From positions 1-10,881 of the forward strand of contig CALKEP010000067.1 in assembly GCA_938084645.1 (NCBI GenBank): a stretch of DNA of 10,881 nucleotides, given 5' to 3'. Shown one piece after another: positions 1 to 8,289 of this stretch. The notes beneath the pieces were generated by a model that did not search any database, was not told where the DNA came from, and saw only the letters and a list, made by a program, of their open reading frames with translations. Source of the stretch: an uncultured Phycisphaerales bacterium. GTDB taxonomy: Bacteria > Planctomycetota > Phycisphaerae > Phycisphaerales > SM1A02. How positions within the stretch are numbered: the first letter of the stretch is position 1; the number at the start of each line of letters is the position of its first letter. Both the position numbers and the translations under genes were made by a program.

Positions 1-33
1 AGTCGGGCGCATCACGCGCCCGACTCCTCTTCC
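1..33 (+). terminator. GC-rich hairpin, possible intrinsic terminator of an upstream gene outside the window
   Basis: Perfect 10-bp inverted repeat AGTCGGGCGC (1-10) / GCGCCCGACT (16-25) with loop ATCAC, followed by a pyrimidine run CCTCTTCC. The U-tract is weak and the stem may extend beyond the window edge. Confidence 0.4.
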
Positions 34-90
34 CGCTCCGCTACACTTCAGCGTCCGACCGCGCGTACTCGAAGGTCGGCGAAAACAGGA

Positions 91-678
91 GTGACCGTGG
101 AAACGATCGAAGAACCCATTCTCGAGCGCGTGGCCCGAAACGAACCCGGTGCGGTGGACGAGATGATGAGTCGCTTCGGCGGCCTCGTCTGGTCGCTCGC
201 CCGGAGATCCTGCCCCACCTCGGCGGAAGCCGAGGATGCGGTCCAGGAGATCTTCGTGGAGATCTGGCGGACCGCATCGAGGTTCGACGCCTCGATCGCG
301 GGCGAAGCCACCTTCGTCGCGATGATCACCCGGCGCAGACTGATCGACCGGACCCGCCGGCGTTCCCGTCGGCCGGAATCCGTGGCGTTGACCGAATCCT
401 CACCGGCGCCGGAACCGAACAATGACGGCCTCGAGGTCGCGGAGGAAGCCGGTGTCGCTTCCGAGGCCTTCGAGAAACTTCGCCCTGAGCAGCAGAAGGT
501 GCTCCGCCTGGCGATCCATCACGGACGCTCCCACGAACAGATCGCAGCCACCACTGGCATGCCTCTGGGGACCGTCAAGACTCACGCGAGACGAGGGCTC
601 ATACGCCTCCGTCAACTCCTTGAAGGCAGCGGCCTTCAGGGTCTCGGCGCGGCCGGCACGCTGGGAGGTGCATCATGA
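91..678 (+). CDS. ECF-family RNA polymerase sigma-70 factor (SigK-like, partnered with an RskA-type anti-sigma)
   Basis: 195 aa, GTG start immediately preceded by purine-rich AAAACAGGA. Region 2 motif 'AEDAVQEIFVEIWRTASRFD...ATFVAMITRRRLIDRTRR' and region 4 motif 'LRPEQQKVLRLAIHHGRSHEQIAATTGMPLGTVKTHARRGLIRLR'. The stop overlaps the next ATG (ATGA 675-678). Confidence 0.95.
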   Translation: MTVETIEEPILERVARNEPGAVDEMMSRFGGLVWSLARRSCPTSAEAEDAVQEIFVEIWRTASRFDASIAGEATFVAMITRRRLIDRTRRRSRRPESVALTESSPAPEPNNDGLEVAEEAGVASEAFEKLRPEQQKVLRLAIHHGRSHEQIAATTGMPLGTVKTHARRGLIRLRQLLEGSGLQGLGAAGTLGGAS

Positions 679-1541
679 ACGACTTCAACAACGACAATCT
701 CAACGGCGAAGACGTGGACCATCTCGAGCTTCCGCCCGAAGAACTCTTCGACCTGCTTTCCGATCGCGCCCTCTTCGGGCTCGACGACGCGGAGTCCGAG
801 CGGCTCGAAGGCCTTCTTCGCTCGAACTCGTGGGTTCGTGCGGACTGCCTCGAGGAAGCCGCCGCCGAACTGGCCACGGCCTTCGAAGGCGTCGAGCCGA
901 TGCCGGCCGACGTCGCCGACCGGGTGCGAAACGGCGTGCACGACGAGATCGCGGATGCGATTCCGGCACCGCTCGCCTTCCCCGCCCCGGATGAGGTTCC
1001 CGCCGTCTCCGGTCCTTCCACGGGCTGGCTCGGCTGGGTCGCCGCGGCTGCGGCGATCGCGCTGGCCGTCATCGCCTGGCAGCCCGAGGTTCCCGGTGTC
1101 CGCAACTCCTCCCAGCTCGTCTCTTGGGTGGACAACCACCCCGATGCGGTCCGCTGGGACTGGGCCCCCGGGCTCGTGAATCCCGCCGAGGGCGTCACCG
1201 GCTACGTGACCTTCAGTCCGGAGTCGCAGGAAGGCTACATGCTGATCAAGGGGCTCGAACCCAACGATCCGAGGATCCAGCAGTACCAGCTCTGGATCTG
1301 GGACAAGGAGCGAGAGCCCGATCCGGCGAATCCCGCGCCGCTGGCCGCCGATGTCCATCCCGTCGACGGAGGCGTCTTCGACGTCAACGATCGCGGCGAA
1401 GTGGTCGTTCCGATCAAGCTTCCACTCCGGGTCGACACGCCCTACCTGTTCGCCGTGACGGTCGAGCGACCGGGCGGCGTGGTCAAGAGCGACAAGAGTT
1501 CGGTTCCGCTCATCGCCGGTCCCCCCGCATCGGACGCCTGA
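675..1541 (+). CDS. Anti-sigma factor, RskA (anti-sigma-K) family, single-pass membrane protein
   Basis: 288 aa, GGAGG RBS at 664-668, ATGA overlap with the ECF gene. Cytoplasmic N-terminal helical domain, one TM segment (WLGWVAAAAAIALAVIAW), and a C-terminal RskA-like domain with 'GYMLIKGLEPND...YQLWI...VDGGVFDV...FAVTVERPGG'. Confidence 0.9.
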   Translation: MNDFNNDNLNGEDVDHLELPPEELFDLLSDRALFGLDDAESERLEGLLRSNSWVRADCLEEAAAELATAFEGVEPMPADVADRVRNGVHDEIADAIPAPLAFPAPDEVPAVSGPSTGWLGWVAAAAAIALAVIAWQPEVPGVRNSSQLVSWVDNHPDAVRWDWAPGLVNPAEGVTGYVTFSPESQEGYMLIKGLEPNDPRIQQYQLWIWDKEREPDPANPAPLAADVHPVDGGVFDVNDRGEVVVPIKLPLRVDTPYLFAVTVERPGGVVKSDKSSVPLIAGPPASDA

Positions 1542-1570
1542 ACGCCACCGTCTCCGCAACCCGATCCCCC

Positions 1571-1614
1571 AAGCCCGGTAGCATTCGTGTCTCGCGAATG
1601 CCACCGGGCTTTTT
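1571..1614 (+). terminator. Rho-independent terminator after the sigma/anti-sigma operon
   Basis: AAGCCCGGT-A-GCATTCG (1571-1587), loop TGTCTCG, CGAATGC-C-ACCGGGCTT, with a T5 run at 1610-1614. It starts 30 nt after the anti-sigma stop. Confidence 0.8.
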
Positions 1615-1708
1615 CATGACCTCGGCGTCTTTCGCACGAATCTCCATCGACGCCACGTCGCCGACTGGTACGACGACCCTCCGAATCCGAATCGCCAGGA
1701 TCCCCTTC

Positions 1709-4700
1709 ATGAACATGCTCAGTTCGATCACCGTCTCGCTTCTCATCGGCACCACCGCCTCCGCCCTCCCGGCCACGGAGGACGGCGGAGCGTCGATGTA
1801 CCGCTTCCCGGACATCTCGAAGAACGAGATCGTCTTCGCCTATGGCAACGACCTGTGGCGGGTCCCGATCGAAGGCGGCACCGCGCTCCCGCTCGCCTCG
1901 CCCGACGGCGTCGAGACGATTCCACGGTTCTCGCCGGATGGTGAAGAGGTCGCGTTCGTCGGGAACTACGACGGCAACCGCGACATCTACGTGGTCCCGA
2001 CCAAGGGCGGAATGCCCCGACGCATCACGCATCATCCGACCGGTGAACGACTCAGCGACTGGACCGCCGACGGCGAACTGCTCTTCAGCGCCCGCGGCAT
2101 GGGCGGCGTGCCGAGGGCCGAACGGATCTACAAGGTGGGCGGCGAAGGCGGTCTGCCCGAAGCCCTGCCGATGCCCTACGGCGCCAACGCCGCGATCGAC
2201 CGTACCGGCACCTGGGTCGCGTACACCCCCAACCAGCGGGACGGCCGCACCTGGAAGCGATACCGCGGCGGCATGGCCAGCGACATCTGGCTGGTGAACC
2301 TCGAGACCGGCGAGTCTCGTCGCGTGACCGACTGGGAAGGCACCGACACCATGCCCATGTGGCACGGTGACGACCTCTACTACCTCTCGGACGCGGGCGA
2401 CGAGCATCGCCTGAATCTCTGGCGGTACGACATCGACTCGGGCGATCGGGAACAGCTCACCCGTTTCGCGAACTACGACATCAAGTGGCCCGCGATCGGC
2501 CCCGACGACGAGGGCCCCGCTCGCTTCGTCTTCCAGAATGGTGCCGACCTCTACGTCCACGACGCTCGTGACCGCGTGACCACGCCGATCGAGATCGAGA
2601 TCCCCGGCGCGACCGCCAGCCTCCGTCCGCAGATGGTCGACGCCTCCGACTACATGCAGGGATGGTCGATCTCGCCGTCGGGCAAGCGAGTCGCCGCGAC
2701 CGCCCGGGGCGACCTCTGGACGCTCCCCGCGAAGAACGGCAGCCCCCGCAACCTCTCCCGGACCTCCGGTGTGGCCGAACGATCCCCTTCCTGGAGCCCG
2801 GACGGAAAGTGGATCGCCTACTTCTCCGACGAGCCCGGCGAATACGAGCTCTTCGTGCGACGCAGCGACGGTCGCGACGAACCTCGACGACTCACCGACG
2901 ACATGGGCGTCTTCAAGAACGCGATCCACTGGGGCCCCGACTCGTCCTTCCTCGTCTACGCCGACAAGACCGGCGACGCCCACCGCGTCGACCTCGAGAG
3001 CGGCGAGCGGACCACCTTCGCCCGCTCGGAACGCGGCGTGTTCCCGAAGCCGAGCTTCACCACCGACGGCCGATGGGCCGCCTGGTCGGGCACGGTCGGT
3101 GACTCCGGCATGGGCCGGATCCACCTCCACGACTTCGACTCGGGCGAGACCCACGTGGTCACCAGCGGGATGTTCAACGACGGTTCGCCGGCCTTCGACC
3201 GTGACGGTGACTGGCTCTACTTCACGAGCGACCGTCGGTTCGCGCCGAGCTACTCCTCGCTCGACGGCACCTGGATCTACGACGACAGCGGCATGCTGGT
3301 CGCGGTTCCGCTTCGCGAGGACGTCGACAGCCCGTGGCTCGAGGAGAGCGACGAGCAGGAGTGGAAGGACGAGGACGCCGAAGACGAGGACTCGGAGGAT
3401 GACGCCGAGTCGGATGACGAGGAGGACGCGGACGACGAATCCGCAGGGCATCCGGACCCCGTGACGGGAACCTGGGAGTGCACCGCGGACATCCCGCAGA
3501 TGGGTGCGATTCCGATGACCATCATGCTGGTCCTCAACGACGACGATCTGGTGACCGGCACGGTGTCCACCGCGATGTTCGCCGGCGATCTCGTCGGCAC
3601 CTTCGACCCCGAGTCCAAGGCCCTGACTCTCGTGATGACCATCGAGAACGGTCCCACCGTGGACATCGAGCTGGTGATCGACGGCGAAACGGTCAGTGGC
3701 GCCGGCCAGCCCGACGACGGTGCGCCCGGCGCGACGATCAGCGGCACGAGGAACGCCTTCGTCGCTGACGACGGCGAGGAGGAGACCGACGGTGATCAGG
3801 ACGCCGACGACGCCGAAAAGGTCGAGATCGATCTCGAAGGCTTCGAGGCCAGGGCGATGCCGCTTCCGGTCCGACCCGGCGGATTCCGCAACCTCGCGGT
3901 CAACGATCGCGGCCATCTGATGTACGTCCGCCGCGGCCAGAACGGCGGTATCAAGTCGTTCGACATGAGCGACCGCAACCCGAGCGAGAAGTCGGCGGGC
4001 TCCGGCGGCAGTTTCCAGATGACCCCGGACGGCAAGAAGATTCTCGTCCCCCAGGGTTCGGGCGCGGTGATCCGCAAGGCGGGCAGCGATGGCGGGGACA
4101 AGGTGGTCACCGGCCCGATGCTCGTCTCCATCGAGCCTCGTGCGGAATGGCGGCAGCTCGTCACCGACGCGTGGCGCATCCATCGCGACCACTTCTACGA
4201 TCCGGGCCTGCACGGCGTCGACTGGGAAGCGGTGCTCGACACCTACCTTCCGCTGGTCGACCAGGCCGCGACCCGCGAAGACGTCGGCCACATCATCGGC
4301 GAGATGATCGCCGAGTTGAATGTCGGCCATGCCTACTACTACGGCAACACCGGCGATATCGAGCGTGCCCCCTCGATGAACGTCGGCATGCTCGGCGTCG
4401 ACTGGGAACCCGCGCCCGCCGAAGGTGATCGGCCCGACGGATACCGCATCGCGCGGGTCCTCGGTGGCGGGGTCTGGGACGTCGACGCCCGCGGCCCGCT
4501 GCAGGAACCCGGTCTCGATCTCGGCGAGGGCGACATCGTCCTCGCGGTGAACGGCGTCGACATGGATCTCTCCCGCGACCCCTACGCCCCGTTCGTCGGT
4601 ACCGCGGGGAGCACCGTGGTGCTCACCGTCGCCGACGACGAATCCGAGACCGGCACCCGGGACGTCGTCGTGAAGACGGTCTCCGGCGAGGGCAATCTCC

Positions 4701-5386
4701 GATATCGCGACTGGATCGAGAATCGGCGTGCGATGGTCGCGGAGATGAGCGACGGCAAGGTCGGCTACATCTACGTGCCCAACACCGGCCGTGACGGCCA
4801 GAGCGACCTGGTCCGGCAGTACCACGGTCAGTCGCACCTTCCCGCGCTGGTCATCGACGAACGCTGGAACGGCGGCGGGCAGATCCCCGACCGGTTCATC
4901 GAACTCCTGAACCGTCCGGTCACCAACTACTGGGCGACCCGTGACTCGAAGGACTGGCGCTGGCCGCGAGGCGTGCACGCCGGCCCGAAGGCCATGCTGA
5001 TCAACGGGCTCGCCGGCTCGGGCGGCGACATGTTCCCCTGGCTCTTCCGTCACAACGATCTCGGTCCCCTGATCGGGACCCGGACCTGGGGCGGCCTGGT
5101 GGGCATCTCCGGCAACCCGTCGCTCATCGACGGCGGCTACACCGCGGTGCCGACCTTCGGCTTCTACGAGACGGACGGCACCTGGGGCATCGAGGGCCAC
5201 GGCGTCGATCCCGACATCGAAGTCATCGACGATCCCGGCCTGATGCTCGACGGCGGTGATCCGCAGCTCGAGACCGCGGTGCAGGTGATGCTCGAAGCAC
5301 TCGCCAACGGCGAAGGCCTGCAGCCGACCGAGCGTCCCGCCGGCCCGAACCGAAGCGGCATGGGCATCACGGAAGAGGACAAGTAG
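1709..5386 (+). CDS. Tricorn protease homologue (S41 family peptidase: PD40/beta-propellers, C1, PDZ and catalytic domains), probably exported
   Basis: The ORF-track frame 1124..5386 is re-started at ATG 1709 (CAGGA 8 nt upstream), giving 1225 aa. Hydrophobic N-terminal leader followed by the tricorn start 'YRFPDISKNEIVFAYGNDLWRV'; propeller repeats (PRFSPDG, PSWSPDGKWIAYFSD); 'WKRYRGG'; C1 'YDPGLHGVDW' and 'ELNVGHAY' (His codon 4328-4330); PDZ 'GMLGVDW...GDIVLAVNG'; 'VGYIYVPNT', 'IDERWNGGG', catalytic 'AGSGGD' (Ser codon 5018-5020), 'GTRTWGG', 'IEGHGVDPDIEV', 'DPQLE'. Confidence 0.95.
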   Translation: MNMLSSITVSLLIGTTASALPATEDGGASMYRFPDISKNEIVFAYGNDLWRVPIEGGTALPLASPDGVETIPRFSPDGEEVAFVGNYDGNRDIYVVPTKGGMPRRITHHPTGERLSDWTADGELLFSARGMGGVPRAERIYKVGGEGGLPEALPMPYGANAAIDRTGTWVAYTPNQRDGRTWKRYRGGMASDIWLVNLETGESRRVTDWEGTDTMPMWHGDDLYYLSDAGDEHRLNLWRYDIDSGDREQLTRFANYDIKWPAIGPDDEGPARFVFQNGADLYVHDARDRVTTPIEIEIPGATASLRPQMVDASDYMQGWSISPSGKRVAATARGDLWTLPAKNGSPRNLSRTSGVAERSPSWSPDGKWIAYFSDEPGEYELFVRRSDGRDEPRRLTDDMGVFKNAIHWGPDSSFLVYADKTGDAHRVDLESGERTTFARSERGVFPKPSFTTDGRWAAWSGTVGDSGMGRIHLHDFDSGETHVVTSGMFNDGSPAFDRDGDWLYFTSDRRFAPSYSSLDGTWIYDDSGMLVAVPLREDVDSPWLEESDEQEWKDEDAEDEDSEDDAESDDEEDADDESAGHPDPVTGTWECTADIPQMGAIPMTIMLVLNDDDLVTGTVSTAMFAGDLVGTFDPESKALTLVMTIENGPTVDIELVIDGETVSGAGQPDDGAPGATISGTRNAFVADDGEEETDGDQDADDAEKVEIDLEGFEARAMPLPVRPGGFRNLAVNDRGHLMYVRRGQNGGIKSFDMSDRNPSEKSAGSGGSFQMTPDGKKILVPQGSGAVIRKAGSDGGDKVVTGPMLVSIEPRAEWRQLVTDAWRIHRDHFYDPGLHGVDWEAVLDTYLPLVDQAATREDVGHIIGEMIAELNVGHAYYYGNTGDIERAPSMNVGMLGVDWEPAPAEGDRPDGYRIARVLGGGVWDVDARGPLQEPGLDLGEGDIVLAVNGVDMDLSRDPYAPFVGTAGSTVVLTVADDESETGTRDVVVKTVSGEGNLRYRDWIENRRAMVAEMSDGKVGYIYVPNTGRDGQSDLVRQYHGQSHLPALVIDERWNGGGQIPDRFIELLNRPVTNYWATRDSKDWRWPRGVHAGPKAMLINGLAGSGGDMFPWLFRHNDLGPLIGTRTWGGLVGISGNPSLIDGGYTAVPTFGFYETDGTWGIEGHGVDPDIEVIDDPGLMLDGGDPQLETAVQVMLEALANGEGLQPTERPAGPNRSGMGITEEDK

Positions 5387-5410
5387 TCGACCCTGTTTCC
5401 AACCTGATCC

Positions 5411-5458
5411 AAAGACCGCGGCCCGACGATTCGATCGTCGGGCCGCGTTTCATTTCTT
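5411..5458. terminator. Intrinsic terminator, probably bidirectional, between the convergent tricorn and lipoprotein genes
   Basis: Perfect 14-bp inverted repeat CGCGGCCCGACGAT (5417-5430) / ATCGTCGGGCCGCG (5434-5447), followed by TTTCATTTCTT on + and preceded by AAAGA, which gives a short U-tract on -. Confidence 0.85.
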
Positions 5459-5501
5459 CGCAAGCCGGGCGGAACGAGGCCGGTTCGGCTCGTGACGGGG
5501 G

Positions 5502-6167
5502 TCAGCCGCCCATCGCGCCGGCGATGCGGCCCTCGAGGATCTCCATGTCGGTGATCCGGCCGTCGAGGACGTCCCGGCGAATCGCGTCGATGCGGGCGAC
5601 CAGGATCTCGATCGCGTCGGCGGACGCCGCGGGATCGTAGGGCGGATCGGGGAACTGCACGATCCGCCAACCCACCGGCTGGAGTCGCATCCGGTAGACC
5701 TCGGTGCCGATCCGGAGGATGGCGAGATCGCCGCCGCTCGAGAACACCGACGCTCGTTCGATCGCCTCGAACTGCTCGAGATACGCGGAACGAAGCATGA
5801 TGGTGCCGGCGTTCGCCCCGTAGGCCCCGTACGTTTCGGCCATCGCGTCACGCAGCTCGACCATCTCCCGAGCCGCGTCCTCCCGGGCCTGCAGCAGCCG
5901 GCAGAAGTCAGGGAGTCGTTCGCAGTCCGTGGCCGAACGCAGCGCCTCGAGGTAGCGATTGAAGGACTGACCCGCCGCCGCCTTCAAGGACGCGAGCAGG
6001 GACTCGGGCGAGGCGGCGTCGATGGTCACCGGGCCGGGCGTCGCGCCGCTGGAGGCGCATCCTCCCACGGTCGCGAGCGTGCCTCCGCCCATGATCAGGG
6101 TCGCGGCGAGCAGCGTCGCGCGGACCGAACGATGGAGGGGTGAAAGCGTGCGATCGACGGTCGGCAT
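5502..6167 (-). CDS. Hypothetical exported protein, putative lipoprotein
   Basis: C-terminal 221 aa of ORF 5502..6872, re-started at ATG 6167 (MPTVDRTLSPLHRSVRATLLAATLIMGGGTLATVGG-CASSG). It has a basic n-region, a hydrophobic h-region and a lipobox-like VGG/C, then normal helical-protein composition. The upstream extension of the ORF overlaps the 6239-7156 gene and reads as Arg-rich noise. Confidence 0.75.
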   Translation of the reverse strand: MPTVDRTLSPLHRSVRATLLAATLIMGGGTLATVGGCASSGATPGPVTIDAASPESLLASLKAAAGQSFNRYLEALRSATDCERLPDFCRLLQAREDAAREMVELRDAMAETYGAYGANAGTIMLRSAYLEQFEAIERASVFSSGGDLAILRIGTEVYRMRLQPVGWRIVQFPDPPYDPAASADAIEILVARIDAIRRDVLDGRITDMEILEGRIAGAMGG

Positions 6168-6238
6168 GGTTCGGTTCCGAGGGATTCGTTCGAGGTGGTG
6201 GAACAGATGGTGGAACGGGTGGCCGCGAGCCGGTTGGC

Positions 6239-7156
6239 TCAGTTGAAGCCACCGTAGTCGTTGAGTTCGTCGCCACCTGCGCCGCTCTGGATCGCGACGA
6301 CGACCGCGAAGCCCGCGAGGGCGGCGACGCAGCACAGGCGGAGGGTCAGCCCCGCCCACGGCGGGAGTTTGGCGACCCACGGATTCTCGAGCGGCAGGAG
6401 CACGATCGGCGCGCCCGCGGCGACCCCCCACACCCACCACGGAAACTCGCCGTAGGTCTGGCGATATCCGGCGACCGGGAACACCACGAGCAGGACGATG
6501 GCGGCGAGCAGGCCACCGCGTCCGATCGAAGGTCCGCCCCCGAAACGTGCCGAGAGCGCCGCCACGAGGCTCACCCCGGCGGAGACCGCGGCGAGGAACG
6601 TGAGGGTGATCCAGCTGGCGGCGTCCGCGATCGGCGCAAGGGCCGCGAAGGTGATGAAGAGCGCGAGGGGCAGCGTCACGCCCGGCCGGGCTTCGACGAC
6701 CTTGTCGAGGGCGAGGAAGCCGAGCGCCACCGCGAGGCCCATCGCGATCTGATCCGCGGGACCGGTTCCACTGAACATCGACTTCGCCTCGCCGCCCGCG
6801 AGTTCCGCGATCAGCGGCAGGCCGGCGACGATCGCACCCGCGAGGAACGCCACGAGTTCGGTCGCGGGCCACTTTCGGTCACGGTCCGCCGAACCGGTCA
6901 TCGGCCCGAGGATCGCGAAGACCGCGGCGAGCACCGCGGCGAAGCCGAGCCACTGGGCGCGTTCGGCCGGCGGGAACGGCGGCACGCCGTTTTCCGCGAC
7001 GAAGGACGCGAAGACGCCCACCGCGAGGGCGAGTCCGAAGCACGCGCTCGAAAGCCATCGCCACTTGCGGAGGGGCGGCAGCAGCCAGCACAGCGCCACG
7101 AGGCCCCCGCCGGCGAGCACGGGGAGGATCATCGAGAAGATGACGGTCTTGATCAC
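6239..7156 (-). CDS. Hypothetical multi-pass integral membrane protein (about 9-10 TM segments)
   Basis: 305 aa, GTG start, many hydrophobic stretches of about 20 aa separated by short loops, a 'PPFPPAERAQWL' loop, and an acidic C-terminal tail. It lies 43 nt downstream of the yceI-like gene in the same orientation. Confidence 0.8.
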   Translation of the reverse strand: MIKTVIFSMILPVLAGGGLVALCWLLPPLRKWRWLSSACFGLALAVGVFASFVAENGVPPFPPAERAQWLGFAAVLAAVFAILGPMTGSADRDRKWPATELVAFLAGAIVAGLPLIAELAGGEAKSMFSGTGPADQIAMGLAVALGFLALDKVVEARPGVTLPLALFITFAALAPIADAASWITLTFLAAVSAGVSLVAALSARFGGGPSIGRGGLLAAIVLLVVFPVAGYRQTYGEFPWWVWGVAAGAPIVLLPLENPWVAKLPPWAGLTLRLCCVAALAGFAVVVAIQSGAGGDELNDYGGFN

Positions 7157-7199
7157 GGGAATCGGCTCCGGAAGCGGGACGATGCCCGGTTCGTTGGAA

Positions 7200-7877
7200 T
7201 CATCTCGTCCAGTCGCCCTCGAGTCCGACCACGAGTCGGACGTCGTCGCCGAGGGCCTTGTTCTTGACGCCCCAGTCCATGCCGTAGTCGGAGCGCTTCA
7301 CCTCGAAGGTCGCTTCGAATCCGGCCTTCTTCTGGACCGGATTGCCGGCGAGGCCGGTGAACTCGACCTTGGCGGTGACCGGCCTGGTCACGCCGTGCAT
7401 GGTGAAGTCGCCGGTGATGTCCCAGACGCCGTCGCCCTTCGACTCGCCGCCGGTCGAGACGAAGCGAATCGTCTCGTATTCCTTGGCGTTGAAGAACTGC
7501 GGGCCGATGATGGTGCGATCGAGTTTCTCGGTGCCGGAATGCACGCTCTCGACCTGCACGGTCACGTCGAAGGTCGGGACGGTCTTGCCATCCTCGGCGT
7601 AGGTCATGGTGCCCTCGACCTGGTCGAACATCCCCCAGAACTGACCGGCCCCGACGTGATGGATTCGGAAGAGCGCCATGCAGTGCACGGGGTCGAGCTT
7701 GAATTGGAGCGGAGCCACGGTCGGGTTCGCGGGGGCGGTGGCGGCCGCCGCGACGGGCTGTCCGGTGGCGGTGAAACCGCCGACGAGTCCGGCGCCGCCG
7801 AGGGCGGCGGCGGCGATCAGGCAGCGGACGGGACGGATCGAGCTTCGGGTTGAACGTCGGGTTGAACGAGGACGCAT
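7200..7877 (-). CDS. yceI: YceI-family (lipid/polyisoprenoid-binding beta-barrel) exported protein
   Basis: Re-started at ATG 7877 (GGAG 10 nt upstream), 225 aa with a signal peptide. YceI motifs 'FKLDPVHCMALFRIHHVG...WGMFDQVEG', 'VESVHSG', 'FFNAKEYETIRFVST', 'GDFTMHGVTRPV', 'GFEATFEVKRSDYGM', 'LGDDVRLVVGLEG'. Confidence 0.93.
   Translation of the reverse strand: MRPRSTRRSTRSSIRPVRCLIAAAALGGAGLVGGFTATGQPVAAAATAPANPTVAPLQFKLDPVHCMALFRIHHVGAGQFWGMFDQVEGTMTYAEDGKTVPTFDVTVQVESVHSGTEKLDRTIIGPQFFNAKEYETIRFVSTGGESKGDGVWDITGDFTMHGVTRPVTAKVEFTGLAGNPVQKKAGFEATFEVKRSDYGMDWGVKNKALGDDVRLVVGLEGDWTR
7845..7868. repeat. 12-bp perfect tandem duplication in the yceI leader
   Basis: TCGGGTTGAACG at 7845-7856 and again at 7857-7868; it encodes RSTR-RSTR on the minus strand. 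Confidence 0.85.
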
Positions 7878-8136
7878 GGCGAGACACTCCGAGGACGGTC
7901 GGCCTCCGAACGTCGGCGTCGGGCCGGGACGCCGGAGAGCCGGACAGGAAGCCTCATGATAGTGGGCCTCGGCCCGCCCTCGATCGCGACGCTCGGGCCC
8001 GCATCCGGCGGGAGCTCGCGACGAGCTCCGCATCGCGGTGGCGTGCCGAAAGCGGGATTCCAGAGGCACGGAATCCGGGTTATCCGGGCCCGCCCCGCCA
8101 GTCGGCAGATGACCGCGGTTCACTTCGATCGAGAAC

Positions 8137-8164
8137 TTGTCGACGCGGCGCGGTGAGGTATACT
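8137..8164 (+). promoter_or_regulatory. sigma70-type promoter of tRNA-Gly
   Basis: TTGTCG (8137-8142), 16 nt, TATACT (8159-8164), followed by a C-rich discriminator-like stretch, 53 nt upstream of the tRNA. Confidence 0.7.
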
Positions 8165-8217
8165 CCCCCTCCGGCCGAGGCCTTTGGCCGGTGACAATCC
8201 AAGCGATTGCCAGAATC

Positions 8218-8289
8218 GCGGGTGTAGCTCAGTGGTAGAGCGTCACGTTGCCAACGTGAATGTCGGGCGTTCGAATCGCCTCACCCGCT
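8218..8289 (+). tRNA. tRNA-Gly (anticodon GCC); CCA not encoded
   Basis: Full cloverleaf: acceptor GCGGGTG/CACCCGC plus discriminator U; D-arm GCTC-AGTGGTA-GAGC; anticodon arm TCACG-TTGCCAA-CGTGA (GCC at 8250-8252); variable loop ATGTC; T-arm GGGCG-TTCGAAT-CGCCT. Confidence 0.97.

Noticed and set aside
40..90. Autoregulatory ECF promoter (CGTA at 64-67)
   Set aside because: A -10-like CGTA is present, but I cannot identify a convincing -35 element or a second copy of the motif in the window.
1124..1708. 195-aa N-terminal extension of the tricorn ORF
   Set aside because: It overlaps the anti-sigma gene and crosses a terminator, and is Arg-rich noise. The RBS, leader peptide and tricorn homology all start at 1709.
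1442..5200. 1252-aa ORF on the minus strand
   Set aside because: Antisense shadow of the tricorn gene. High-GC codon bias removes stops in this frame, and the translation has no recognisable motifs.
6168..6872. N-terminal 235 aa of ORF 5502..6872
   Set aside because: Out-of-frame overlap with the membrane-protein gene, with Arg/Pro-rich composition. A credible signal peptide starts at 6167.
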